Shown here: piece by piece, positions 27,234 to 35,540 of the stretch
How positions within the stretch are numbered: position 1 is the stretch's first letter
Layout of the letters: every line of letters begins with the position of its first letter
Assembly: GCA_036308615.1 (NCBI GenBank)
Contig: JAXJVI010000099.1
Location: forward strand, 1 to 39,748
DNA: 39,748 nucleotides
DNA from: Acutalibacteraceae bacterium
GTDB lineage: Bacteria > Bacillota > Clostridia > Oscillospirales > Acutalibacteraceae
Direction: 5' to 3'
Position numbers and translations under genes: made by a program
Notes under the pieces: generated by a model
Databases searched by the model: none
What the model was told of the DNA's origin: nothing
The model's input: only the letters and a program-made list of their open reading frames with translations

Positions 27234-27680
27234 ATGGAGCTTACTGTTGGACAGATCGTTGAGGGAAAAATCACCGGTATCACAAATTTCGGAGTCTTTG
27301 CGGACATAGGCGACGGTAAATCGGGAATGGTACATATTTCTGAGGTGGCGCGCACCTATGTAAACGACATTAATGAATTTGTTAAAATCGGCGACGTCGT
27401 TAAAATGAAGGTGCTTAATATCGGGGAGGACGGTAAAATAAGCCTCAGTATTAAGCGGGCGCTTGAACCGGAGAAAGCGGCGTCCAAAGAGCGCCGTGAA
27501 AGGCGCAGCTACTCTCAGCCGAAGATAGACGGCTCCTATACCTGGATGCCCAAGAAGGAAGAGCCACAGAGCTTTGAGGAAATGATGAACCGCTTTAAGC
27601 AGACCAGCGATGAAAAGTTTTCGGACTTAAAGCGCAAAAATCCCGAAGCAAGGCGCACTAAGCGGGGAGCGGCAAAATAA
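27234..27680 (+). CDS. S1-domain RNA-binding protein (YabR-like)
   Basis: GQIVEGKITGITNFGVFADIGDGKSGMVHISEV, followed by a basic tail. Confidence 0.85.
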   Translation: MELTVGQIVEGKITGITNFGVFADIGDGKSGMVHISEVARTYVNDINEFVKIGDVVKMKVLNIGEDGKISLSIKRALEPEKAASKERRERRSYSQPKIDGSYTWMPKKEEPQSFEEMMNRFKQTSDEKFSDLKRKNPEARRTKRGAAK

Positions 27681-27750
27681 GATTTTATGTAAGGCGGATT
27701 TTGCCCTTAGGCGATTTCTGCCTTTAAAATTATTTAATTCAGGAGAAAAA

Positions 27751-28596
27751 ATGTTACGAGAAATATCAGTTGAAAAAATAACCGAAACAGTAAGCGAGCT
27801 TTGTATAAGGGCTAATAAAAAGCTCCCACCGGATATTGAGGAAAAAATAACCCTTTGCGAGGGGTGCGAGACAAACGCCTTAGCCAAAAGCGTGCTTTAC
27901 GACCTTAAAAGAAACATCGCGGCGGCAAATGAATATGATTTGCCTATTTGCCAGGATACGGGAATGGCGGTGGTCTTTCTCCGAATCGGGCAGGATGTGC
28001 ATTTTACCGGCGGCAGTCTTTACAAGGCGGTAAACGAGGGTGTAAGACAGGGCTACGAAAAGGGACTTCTGCGCAAATCTGTTGTGGGCGATCCGCTTAA
28101 CAGGGTCAACACGAACGACAATACCCCCGCGGTTATCCACACCGTGATTACCGAGGGTGATAAGGTTAAAATAACCGTTGCGCCAAAAGGCTTCGGAAGC
28201 GAGAATATGAGCGGCGTTAAAATGCTCACCCCCTTTGACGGCAGAGCGGGTGTGGTAAACGCGGTGCTTGAAATTGTAAAGAAGGCTTCAAACAATCCCT
28301 GCCCGCCTATGGTTGTAGGAGTGGGTATAGGGGGCGATTTCGAGCAATGCGCCCTGCTTTCAAAGCTTGCCCTTTGCAGAAGCACCGACAGGCGCAATCC
28401 CGACCCCTTTTATAAGGAGCTTGAGGACGAGCTGTTAGAAAAGATTAATCAGCTTGATATAGGCCCCCAGGGCTTCGGCGGCAAAACCACCGCTTTAGCC
28501 GTAAATATAGAGACCGCGCCTACCCATATAGCGGGACTCCCGGTGGCGGTTAATATTGGCTGTCATGTTACACGGCACGCCTCGGAGGTTATTTAA
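27751..28596 (+). CDS. Fe-S type hydro-lyase alpha subunit (class I fumarate hydratase / tartrate dehydratase alpha)
   Basis: 281 aa: LPICQDTGMAVVF, GVGIGGDFE. Confidence 0.85.
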   Translation: MLREISVEKITETVSELCIRANKKLPPDIEEKITLCEGCETNALAKSVLYDLKRNIAAANEYDLPICQDTGMAVVFLRIGQDVHFTGGSLYKAVNEGVRQGYEKGLLRKSVVGDPLNRVNTNDNTPAVIHTVITEGDKVKITVAPKGFGSENMSGVKMLTPFDGRAGVVNAVLEIVKKASNNPCPPMVVGVGIGGDFEQCALLSKLALCRSTDRRNPDPFYKELEDELLEKINQLDIGPQGFGGKTTALAVNIETAPTHIAGLPVAVNIGCHVTRHASEVI

Positions 28597-29726
28597 TGGA
28601 ACAGATAAATTTAATAGCCCCCTGTCTTTTCGGGACGGAGAGTATCGCGGCGGACGAGTTTCGGCGTATGGGCTTTACCGATGTTGTAACCGAAAACGGC
28701 AGGGTAAAGCTATCGGGGGACTTTAATATGCTTGCCCGCGCTAATATCTGCTCCCGCTTTGCGGAGCGCATTTTAATCAATGTGGGGGAGTTCTACGCAT
28801 CCACCTTTACCGAGCTGTTTGACGGCGTAAAGGGACTTCGCTGGGAGGATTATATAGGCAAGGACGATGCCTTCCCCGTAAACGGCTGGAGCATAGATTC
28901 TTTTCTCCACAGCATACCCGACTGCCAGTCGATTATTAAAAAAGCTATTGTCGAGCGGTTAAAGCTTAAATACTCGGTATCCCGGTTTGCCGAGACAGGG
29001 CCGGAATATAAAATAAGGTTTTCAATTCATAAAAACAGCGTTACAATGATGATAGACACCTCGGGTGAGGGACTGCATAAGCGGGGCTACAGGCGCAATT
29101 CCAATGCCGCCCCCTTAAAGGAAACCCTTGCGGCTTCAATGTGCGATTTAGCGCGAATCTATCCCGATACACAGCTTTTTGACCCCTTTTGCGGAAGCGG
29201 AACCTTGCTTATAGAGGCGGCGCTTATGGCGACTAAAACCGCCCCCGGCTTAAGGCGGTTTTTTGCGGCGGAGCGTTTCGGCTTTATTCCCGAAAAGGTC
29301 TGGCAGGAGGAAAGAACAAGGGCGCAGGATTTAATTATTCATAATATTGATTTCAGGGCGCAGGGCTTTGATATCGATAAAAACGCGGTGGAATTAACCC
29401 TTGAAAACGCGAAAAAGGCGGGGGTAGCAAAATATGTTAAGGCGGCGGTTGCGGATATTAGGGACTTTACCCCGCCCGAGGAAAGATGCCTTACAATCAC
29501 AAACCCGCCCTACGGCGAGCGGCTTTTGGATGTTAAGGCGGCGGAGGAGCTTTACACCGTAATGGGTAACCGCTTTAAAGAGGGCTTCGGCAGAAAGTAC
29601 TATGTTATAAGCCCCCACGATGAGTTTGAAAAATATTTCGGCAGAACAGCCGACAAACGGCGCAAGCTTTACAACGGTATGATAAAGTGCCAGTTGTTTA
29701 TGTATTTTAAAAATAAGGAGAGGTAA
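28596..29726 (+). CDS. THUMP-domain class I SAM-dependent RNA methyltransferase (RlmL/YpsC-like)
   Basis: 376 aa: DPFCGSGTLLIEAA (SAM motif I), ITNPPYGERL (motif IV). Confidence 0.85.
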   Translation: MEQINLIAPCLFGTESIAADEFRRMGFTDVVTENGRVKLSGDFNMLARANICSRFAERILINVGEFYASTFTELFDGVKGLRWEDYIGKDDAFPVNGWSIDSFLHSIPDCQSIIKKAIVERLKLKYSVSRFAETGPEYKIRFSIHKNSVTMMIDTSGEGLHKRGYRRNSNAAPLKETLAASMCDLARIYPDTQLFDPFCGSGTLLIEAALMATKTAPGLRRFFAAERFGFIPEKVWQEERTRAQDLIIHNIDFRAQGFDIDKNAVELTLENAKKAGVAKYVKAAVADIRDFTPPEERCLTITNPPYGERLLDVKAAEELYTVMGNRFKEGFGRKYYVISPHDEFEKYFGRTADKRRKLYNGMIKCQLFMYFKNKER

Positions 29727-29728
29727 AA

Positions 29729-30154
29729 ATGTCAAAGAAAAAGGGAATAATCGCGGAATTTAAGGAGTTTATCTCAAGAGGAAATGTAATCGATCTTGCG
29801 GTCGGCGTTGTAATGGGCAGTGCTTTTACGGCTATCGTAACCTCCCTTGTAAACGACATTATAATGCCGGCAATCGGAGTGCTTTTCGGAGGAATAGATT
29901 TCACTTCTTTAAGGCTTGTAATCCGTGAGGCGACCGAAACCACCGAGGAGGCGGCTATCGGCTACGGCAACTTTATTCAGTGCGTGGTTAATTTCCTGCT
30001 TATTTCAATGGTTATCTTCCTTGTTATCAAGGGTATGAACGCCTTTAAGCGCAAGAAAGAAGAAATTGTCGAGGAAGCAAAGCCCGCAGAGCCCAGCGAA
30101 GAGGTACTGCTCCTGCGCGAAATCCGGGATTCGCTTAAAAACTCAAAGGAATAA
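29729..30154 (+). CDS. mscL: Large-conductance mechanosensitive channel
   Basis: 141 aa: FKEFISRGNVIDLAVGVVMGSAFTAIVTSLVNDIIMP. Confidence 0.95.
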   Translation: MSKKKGIIAEFKEFISRGNVIDLAVGVVMGSAFTAIVTSLVNDIIMPAIGVLFGGIDFTSLRLVIREATETTEEAAIGYGNFIQCVVNFLLISMVIFLVIKGMNAFKRKKEEIVEEAKPAEPSEEVLLLREIRDSLKNSKE

Positions 30155-30158
30155 AACA

Positions 30159-30202
30159 GAGGACGGTCTGTGTCTTAAGAGAGAGGACAGAGAGCCGTCC
30201 TC
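30159..30202. repeat. Long imperfect hairpin with GAGGACGG / CCGTCCTC base (degenerate member of the GGGACGG repeat family)
   Basis: GAGGACGGTCTGTGTC (30159-30174) pairs with GACAGAGAGCCGTCCTC (30186-30202). No T-run follows. Confidence 0.75.
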
Positions 30203-30263
30203 GTTCATCTATTAGATGAAATATTCAATGGAATAATAATTTTTTATGTTTAAGGAGATTGTT

Positions 30264-31166
30264 ATGAAAAAGATCTTGGTTTTAGGCGGCACAACCTTTG
30301 TTAGCAAATATGTGGCGGATTATTTTGTTAATCGTGAATATGAAGTTTATGTACTTAACAGGAATACAAAACCGCAGGTTAAAGGTGTAAAACTAATCAC
30401 GGGAGATAGACATAACTTAGGTGATATATTAAAGGGTATACATTTTGATATTGTGGCAGATATAACAGCTTATGATGCACAGGACATTATTGACTTATAT
30501 AATGCAATTGATTCCTTTGAGCAGTATATTATGATAAGTTCAAGTGCAGTGTACCCGGAGTACGGTGTACAACCGTTTCTTGAAGAGTCTGAGAAAAATA
30601 TAAACAAATTTTGGGGTAGCTATGGAACCAATAAGCTTTATGCGGAAAATGCTTTATTGGAGAGAGTTCCCGATGCATATATTTTGAGACCGCCGTATTT
30701 ATACGGACCTATGAATAATGTTTATAGAGAGGCATTTGTGTTTGATTGCGCTAAGGCGGACAGAAAATTTTATTTGCCGAAAGACGGAGCAATGAAAATA
30801 CAACTATTTCATGTCAGGGACTTATGTAAGTTGATGGAAGTGATTATTGTTGATAAACCGTCTGAGCATATTCTGAATGTGGGAAATTCCGAAGCAATAT
30901 CTATAAAAGATTGGGTTATAAAGTGTTATGCTTGTTTTGATAAAGTTCCGGCGTTTGTGAATGTTTATGGTGATATAGAGCAGAGAAATTATTTCAGTTT
31001 TTATAACTATGAATACTATTTAGATGTACAGCGTCAACATAAAATATATTCAGATACAATTTCTTTAGAAGAAGGGCTAAAAGAATCGGCAGAGTGGTAT
31101 CTTGCAAATGAAACAGAAGTAAATAAGAAACCGTATTTTGATTATATTGATACGAATTTGGTTTAA
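30264..31166 (+). CDS. NAD-dependent epimerase/dehydratase family protein
   Basis: Start at MKKILVLGGTTFVSKYV with an AAGGAG RBS. The Rossmann fold has a Gly-rich loop, and YGTNKLYAE fits the YxxxK catalytic motif. A hand count of one 60-nt line gives about 28% G+C. Confidence 0.8.
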   Translation: MKKILVLGGTTFVSKYVADYFVNREYEVYVLNRNTKPQVKGVKLITGDRHNLGDILKGIHFDIVADITAYDAQDIIDLYNAIDSFEQYIMISSSAVYPEYGVQPFLEESEKNINKFWGSYGTNKLYAENALLERVPDAYILRPPYLYGPMNNVYREAFVFDCAKADRKFYLPKDGAMKIQLFHVRDLCKLMEVIIVDKPSEHILNVGNSEAISIKDWVIKCYACFDKVPAFVNVYGDIEQRNYFSFYNYEYYLDVQRQHKIYSDTISLEEGLKESAEWYLANETEVNKKPYFDYIDTNLV

Positions 31167-31168
31167 GT

Positions 31169-31194
31169 TGGGACAGGTAACCGTCCACTTTTTA
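31169..31194 (+). terminator. Terminator-like hairpin (GGACAGG-TAA-CCGTCC) plus T-run
   Basis: TGGGACAGGTAACCGTCCA followed by CTTTTTA. The stem has two bulges. Confidence 0.5.
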
Positions 31195-31215
31195 TGTCAA
31201 ATTGCATAAACCAAA

Positions 31216-31393
31216 GGCCCCCAAGCCTCACGGGGGCTGTCGCGGCAATGCGCCCCTTGCCTAAAGGGGAGAGGGCCAACCGGTCAGGTTGGCGAGGGGA
31301 TTCCCGTGACTGGAGGATACTTAAGGTGCAGAGAGCCTAATATATCCCTCCACCGCCGTTCGGCGGTCCCCCTCCCTTTAGGCAAGGGAGGCT
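31216..31393. repeat. GC-rich multi-hairpin intergenic element (MITE/REP-like)
   Basis: A chain of short GC hairpins: GCCCCC..GGGGGC, CCCCTT-GCCTA-AAGGGG, CCAACC-GGTCA-GGTTGG, CCGCCG-TT-CGGCGG, CTCCCTT-TAGGC-AAGGGAG. The arms 31252-31275 and 31368-31392 are inverted copies of each other. Confidence 0.7.
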
Positions 31394-31486
31394 CTTATTT
31401 AAAATGTATTTAATGCAGGACAGGGTTGCTTCAGTTCTCTCTGCCTGCTCTTAGGCAAAAAAGGAACGAAAAAAATTATTTTTATA

Positions 31487-31515
31487 TTGACAAATCGCAA
31501 ATATAGTAATATTAT
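31487..31515 (+). promoter_or_regulatory. Promoter of the FMN-riboswitch leader
   Basis: TTGACA (31487-31492), 17-nt spacer, TATTAT (31510-31515). Confidence 0.6.
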
Positions 31516-31523
31516 ATTAACAT

Positions 31524-31694
31524 AATCTTCAGGGCGGGGTGTGATTCCCCACCGGCGGTAAAGCCCGCGAGCCTTTTTGGTTGATTCGGTGAAACTCCGA
31601 AGCCGACGGTTACAGTCCGGATGAAAGAAGAATGTATATGTATTTGCATTTTTACGCCCTCACTTTCGTGGGGCGTTTCTTCTTTTTCTTTTAA
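31524..31694 (+). promoter_or_regulatory. FMN riboswitch (RFN element) with intrinsic terminator
   Basis: TCTTCAGGGCGGGGTGTGATTCCCCACCGGCGGTAAAGCCCGCGAGC...GGTGAAACTCCGAAGCCGACGGTTACAGTCCGGATGAAAGAAGA matches the RFN consensus. The terminator is ACGCCCTC..GTGGGGCGT plus a T-run (31654-31694). Confidence 0.92.
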
Positions 31695-31724
31695 TTCCCC
31701 TGAAAAAAGAAAGGAAAATGTAAA

Positions 31725-32336
31725 ATGAAAAAACAAAATTTAATCAGAGGTATTGCGGTAAGCGCAGTTATGGGAGCGCTCGGCTTTGTGCTTATGCTCC
31801 TTGAATTTCCGCTGCCCTTTATCATTCCGTCTTTTATCAAGCTTGATTTTTCGGAAATTCCCGCAATAATCACCGCCTTTGCCTTCGGCCCGCAGTACGG
31901 AATATTGGTCTGCCTTATTAAAAATCTGCTCCACCTTTTCGTCACCACCTCGGCGGGTGTGGGAGAGCTTTCAAACTTCCTTTTGGGAGCGGTTTTCACC
32001 GGCGTTGCGGGGCTTATCTATATGAAGCACAAGGACCGCAAGGGAGCACTTGTAGGTGCGCTTGTCGGCTCCTTTGCTATGGCGGCTGTAAGCGTTGTCA
32101 CCAACTACTTTGTGGTTTATCCTGCCTATGTGGTGCTTTACGGTATGCCGATGGAGGCTATTATCGGAATGTATCAGGCTATTTTGCCCGCGTCCGACAC
32201 CCTGTTAAAATCCCTTTTAATCTTCAATCTTCCCTTTACCTTTATTAAGGGTATAATTGACGCCGGCGTTTGCTTTGCGGTTTATAAGAGATTATCCCCG
32301 ATACTAAAGTTCGGATTTAAAAAGCAGAACGGATAA
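31725..32336 (+). CDS. ribU: ECF-transporter S component for riboflavin (RibU/FmnP type)
   Basis: 203-aa membrane protein directly downstream of the FMN riboswitch. Confidence 0.85.
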   Translation: MKKQNLIRGIAVSAVMGALGFVLMLLEFPLPFIIPSFIKLDFSEIPAIITAFAFGPQYGILVCLIKNLLHLFVTTSAGVGELSNFLLGAVFTGVAGLIYMKHKDRKGALVGALVGSFAMAAVSVVTNYFVVYPAYVVLYGMPMEAIIGMYQAILPASDTLLKSLLIFNLPFTFIKGIIDAGVCFAVYKRLSPILKFGFKKQNG

Positions 32337-32345
32337 AATTTCTTA

Positions 32346-32373
32346 TTGACAAACAGAAATAATGTGTTACAAT
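32346..32373 (+). promoter_or_regulatory. Promoter of the S-box leader
   Basis: TTGACA (32346-32351), 16-nt spacer, extended -10 TGTTACAAT (32365-32373). Confidence 0.6.
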
Positions 32374-32396
32374 AGTAACCGTAAAATTAAATATGT

Positions 32397-32533
32397 CCTT
32401 ATCAAGAGCGGCGGAGGGAATCGGCCCTGTGATGCCCGGCAACCTGATGGTTTTATCAAGGTGCTAATTCCGACGGATTATCCGAAAGATGAGGTTTTGT
32501 GCCGCTTGCCTTTCGGTGAGCGGCATTTGTTTT
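32397..32533 (+). promoter_or_regulatory. SAM-I riboswitch (S-box) with intrinsic terminator
   Basis: CCTTATCAAGAGCGGCGGAGGGAATCGGCCCTGTGATGCCCGGCAACC...GGTGCTAATTCCGAC...AGATGAGG matches the S-box consensus. The terminator is TGCCGCT..AGCGGCA plus TTTGTTTT (32500-32533). Confidence 0.92.
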
Positions 32534-32575
32534 CATCAGTATATGTATATAGGACAAATAGGTTCTATTCCTAAT

Positions 32576-32833
32576 GTTGGGGTTTCAACAGTTCTCGCCT
32601 CCCTCTGACGAGGGAGGTGCCGAGGGACGAGGCGGAGGGAGAGAAAAAAGGGACAAAAGCATTAATAAAGCCTTTTTTGACTACCCTCAGTCGCCTATGA
32701 CCCTTAAAAAGTCTCTCCCTCAGTCTGCGATGCAGACAGCCGCTGACGGCGGCGGTCCCCTCTGTCACTTCGTGCCATCTCCCCACACTGTGGGGAGTCA
32801 CCCTCGTCAGAGGGAGCCAAATGAGACCCCAAC
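32576..32833. mobile_element. 258-bp GC-rich MITE-like element with terminal inverted repeats, inside the metK leader
   Basis: Left end: GTTGGGGT...CTCCCTCTGACGAGGG. Right end: CCCTCGTCAGAGGGAG...ACCCCAAC. Internal hairpins include GTCTGC-GATG-CAGAC and TCCCCA-CACTG-TGGGGA. No coding potential beyond a start-less read-through frame. Confidence 0.75.
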
Positions 32834-32876
32834 TTTTGCAAAAGAACCGACAAATAAAAACGGAGGAAAAATAAAA

Positions 32877-34064
32877 ATGTCAAAAATGTTATTTACATCT
32901 GAATCGGTCACCGAGGGTCATCCCGACAAGGTCTGCGACCGTGTTTCGGATGCTGTGTTAGATGCGATACTTGAAAGAGACCCCAATGCCCGTGTTGCCT
33001 GTGAGACCTTCTGCACCACAGGCAGTATCACGGTTATGGGCGAAATTAGCACAAGCTGTCAGGTTGATATTCCGCAGATTGCGCGGGATGTGGTCTGCGA
33101 GATAGGCTATAACAGCCCCGAGGCGGGCTTCGACGGCAACACCTGCGCGGTTATGACGGCTATTGATAAGCAGTCCCCCGATATTGCTATGGGGGTTGAC
33201 AATTCCCTTGAATTTAAGGACGGTCAAGAGGATAGGTACAATCTTAACGGCGCGGGGGATCAGGGTATGATGTTTGGTTACGCCTGTGACGAAACGCCGG
33301 AGCTTATGCCTTTGCCGATTTCCCTTGCGCATAAAATGGCAAAGCGCTTGACCGAGGTCAGAAAAAGCGGGGAGATCGGTTACTTAAGACCCGACGGCAA
33401 AACTCAGGTTACCGTGGAATATGAGGACGGAAAGCCCCAAAGAATAGACGCGGTTGTTGTGTCTTCACAGCACAGCGCCGCGGTTGATTTAGGAACACTT
33501 CGCGCCGATATTTTGGAAAAGGTGATCAAGCCTACAGTTCCCGAAGAGCTGTTTGATGAAAACACAAAGGTTTACATAAACCCGACAGGACGGTTTGTTG
33601 TCGGCGGCCCCGCGGGAGATACGGGACTTACGGGGCGCAAAATAATAGTCGATACCTACGGCGGCTTTGCCCGCCACGGCGGCGGAGCCTTTTCGGGCAA
33701 GGATCCCACAAAGGTTGACCGCAGTGCCGCCTACGCCGCGCGTTATATAGCAAAGAATATCGTAGCGGCGAAAATAGCCTCAAAATGCGAAGTGCAGTTG
33801 GCATACGCGATAGGCGTAGCCCGACCTGTTTCGGTTATGGTAGATACCTTTGGCACGGGTAAATACGATGACGAAAAAATCGCCGAGGCGGTAAAGAAGG
33901 TCTTCGATCTGCGCCCGTCCGCTATTATCGATACCTTAGAGCTTAGGAAACCGATTTACAAACAGCTCTCTGCTTACGGTCATATGGGCAGAACCGACCT
34001 TGATATTCCGTGGGAAAGAACCGACTGCATAGACGAGCTTATTAAGGAATTGAACGAAGGGTAA
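32877..34064 (+). CDS. metK: S-adenosylmethionine synthetase
   Basis: Start at [21 protein letters not shown] after a [36 protein letters not shown]. 395 aa. The ORF-track start at 32574 is a read-through of the MITE. Confidence 0.97.
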   Translation: MSKMLFTSESVTEGHPDKVCDRVSDAVLDAILERDPNARVACETFCTTGSITVMGEISTSCQVDIPQIARDVVCEIGYNSPEAGFDGNTCAVMTAIDKQSPDIAMGVDNSLEFKDGQEDRYNLNGAGDQGMMFGYACDETPELMPLPISLAHKMAKRLTEVRKSGEIGYLRPDGKTQVTVEYEDGKPQRIDAVVVSSQHSAAVDLGTLRADILEKVIKPTVPEELFDENTKVYINPTGRFVVGGPAGDTGLTGRKIIVDTYGGFARHGGGAFSGKDPTKVDRSAAYAARYIAKNIVAAKIASKCEVQLAYAIGVARPVSVMVDTFGTGKYDDEKIAEAVKKVFDLRPSAIIDTLELRKPIYKQLSAYGHMGRTDLDIPWERTDCIDELIKELNEG

Positions 34065-34133
34065 AGCTTTTAGGTATATGGGTAACAGCACAGAGAACCG
34101 TTGCCCGATTTCCCCATATTAGGAGTTTTTCAA

Positions 34134-35192
34134 ATGAATATTATACACAAAGAGGTAGGCTTTATTGCCGCAGAAAACGGTGTTTCCCGCGCGGGTGAGG
34201 GCGCCTTTGTCCGCTTAAAAGACGGCAGAATAATGCTTGCGTATACAGAATATTATACCGCTAATACCGGTGATGACGCTCCTGCAAATATTGCCGCAGT
34301 ATATTCACGAGATAACGGCGAAAGCTGGGGAAAGCATCGCATACTTCTGGAAAAGGGTGCAGACGATTGCAATATTATGTCAGTAAGCTTTTTGACAGAA
34401 GGCGAAGAATTAATTATTTTTTATTTGAAAAAGTATGTGGTGAACGGTAAAGTGGTTTGTATACCGTTTCTTCGCCGCTCCGGTGACGACGGCGAAAGCT
34501 GGAGCGAAGAACAGCGTATAGGCAAAAGAGACTTGTATTATGTAGTGAACAATGACCGCGTTATAAGGCTGAAAAGTGGAAGAATAATCGTTCCCGCCGC
34601 AATAGTTGACCCATTTACGGGCAGACCGAAAAACGGAGCCGCATTATGTTTTATTACTTCTGATGACAACGGCTATACCTGGACGGAGCAAAAACAGGAG
34701 TTATCGCTCCTGTTTGATAACCGAATGGGGTTAGAAGAGCCGGGACTGTACGAGCATAATGACGGCAGCATATGGTGTTATATACGCACTCATTTAGGCT
34801 GTCAGTATAGCTCGGTTTCTTATGACGGGGGAGAATCCTGGTCGGCGCCTGAACCTATGCCCTTTTTTAGCTCGCCTGCCTCGCCTATGCTTGTGAAAAA
34901 AGTCTGCAACGCAACGGTTGCAATATTTAATCCCATTCCCGGTTACACCTCAAGACCGGGGGAATTATGGGGCAGAACGCCTTACCTTTTGGTAATAAGT
35001 AAAACAGACGCGTATCCGCACAACGGTGAAGGATTTACTGTTAGTTATATGCTTGAAAATGATCGCAGTAACAATTATTGCTACCCTGCCATACTTGATA
35101 ACGGCACAGACTTTCTCATTGCGTATTATCATTCCAACGGAACGGGCTATCCGCTCAACAGTCTGAAAATAGTAAAAGTATACATAAGGTAA
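34134..35192 (+). CDS. BNR/Asp-box repeat protein, sialidase-like beta-propeller, no signal peptide
   Basis: Start at MNIIHKEVGF after an AGGAG RBS. Four Asp-boxes: SRDNGESW, SGDDGESW, SDDNGYTW, SYDGGESW. Confidence 0.8.
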   Translation: MNIIHKEVGFIAAENGVSRAGEGAFVRLKDGRIMLAYTEYYTANTGDDAPANIAAVYSRDNGESWGKHRILLEKGADDCNIMSVSFLTEGEELIIFYLKKYVVNGKVVCIPFLRRSGDDGESWSEEQRIGKRDLYYVVNNDRVIRLKSGRIIVPAAIVDPFTGRPKNGAALCFITSDDNGYTWTEQKQELSLLFDNRMGLEEPGLYEHNDGSIWCYIRTHLGCQYSSVSYDGGESWSAPEPMPFFSSPASPMLVKKVCNATVAIFNPIPGYTSRPGELWGRTPYLLVISKTDAYPHNGEGFTVSYMLENDRSNNYCYPAILDNGTDFLIAYYHSNGTGYPLNSLKIVKVYIR

Positions 35193-35259
35193 TCAAGGGG
35201 ACGGTGTGAAACCACTGAAAAAAGGGCACTGAAAAAGTCAAGGCTTTCGGCGTTGTTTG

Positions 35260-35284
35260 AAGACAGGGGACGGTTCTCTGTCCT
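35260..35284 (+). repeat. Hairpin repeat, type 1 (AAGACAGGGGACGGTTCTCTGTCCT)
   Basis: This 25-mer is identical to 37003-37027 and 37054-37078. It abuts the duplicated metK core exactly. Confidence 0.9.
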
Positions 35285-35373
35285 ACGGTCATATGGGCAG
35301 AACCGACCTTGATATTCCGTGGGAAAGAACCGACTGCATAGATTTGCTTTCTAAAGAATTGACCGACAGGTAA
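35284..35373 (+). pseudogene. Displaced metK 3' end (last 29 codons + stop)
   Basis: 35284-35342 is identical to 33975-34033 (59 bp). The tail encodes ...[12 protein letters not shown], versus ...[12 protein letters not shown] in the intact gene (22 of 31 nt identical). Confidence 0.92.
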
Positions 35374-35402
35374 GCATTTTAAGCCGTCGGGTCATAACAC
35401 AG

Positions 35403-35468
35403 GGGACGGTTAGAAATCGCTGAAATCTCCTTTTTTTCAGTGGCTTCTAACCGTTCCTTATTTTTTTA
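35403..35468 (+). terminator. Long-stem rho-independent terminator (presumed original metK terminator)
   Basis: GGGACGGTTAGAAATCGCTGAAA pairs with TTTCAGTGGCTTCTAACCGTTCC, followed by TTATTTTTTTTAAT. Confidence 0.8.
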
Positions 35469-35477
35469 ATTTTAGTA

Positions 35478-35514
35478 TTGACATTTATTATTAATTGATA
35501 TATAATATCATTAA
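35478..35514 (+). promoter_or_regulatory. Consensus sigma-A promoter overlapped by an AT-rich imperfect palindrome (candidate Fur-family operator)
   Basis: TTGACA (35478-35483), 17-nt spacer, TATAAT (35501-35506). The palindrome is TTAAT(T)GATAT-ATA-ATATCATTAA at 35491-35514. Confidence 0.65.
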
Positions 35515-35540
35515 GACAGGATTGCAGGGATTGAATATAT

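Noticed and set aside
32574-32876. 101-codon N-terminal extension of metK in the ORF track
   Set aside because: The extension is a read-through of the GC-rich MITE-like element ([17 protein letters not shown]...). A canonical MetK N-terminus ([18 protein letters not shown]) with a GGAGG RBS starts at 32877.
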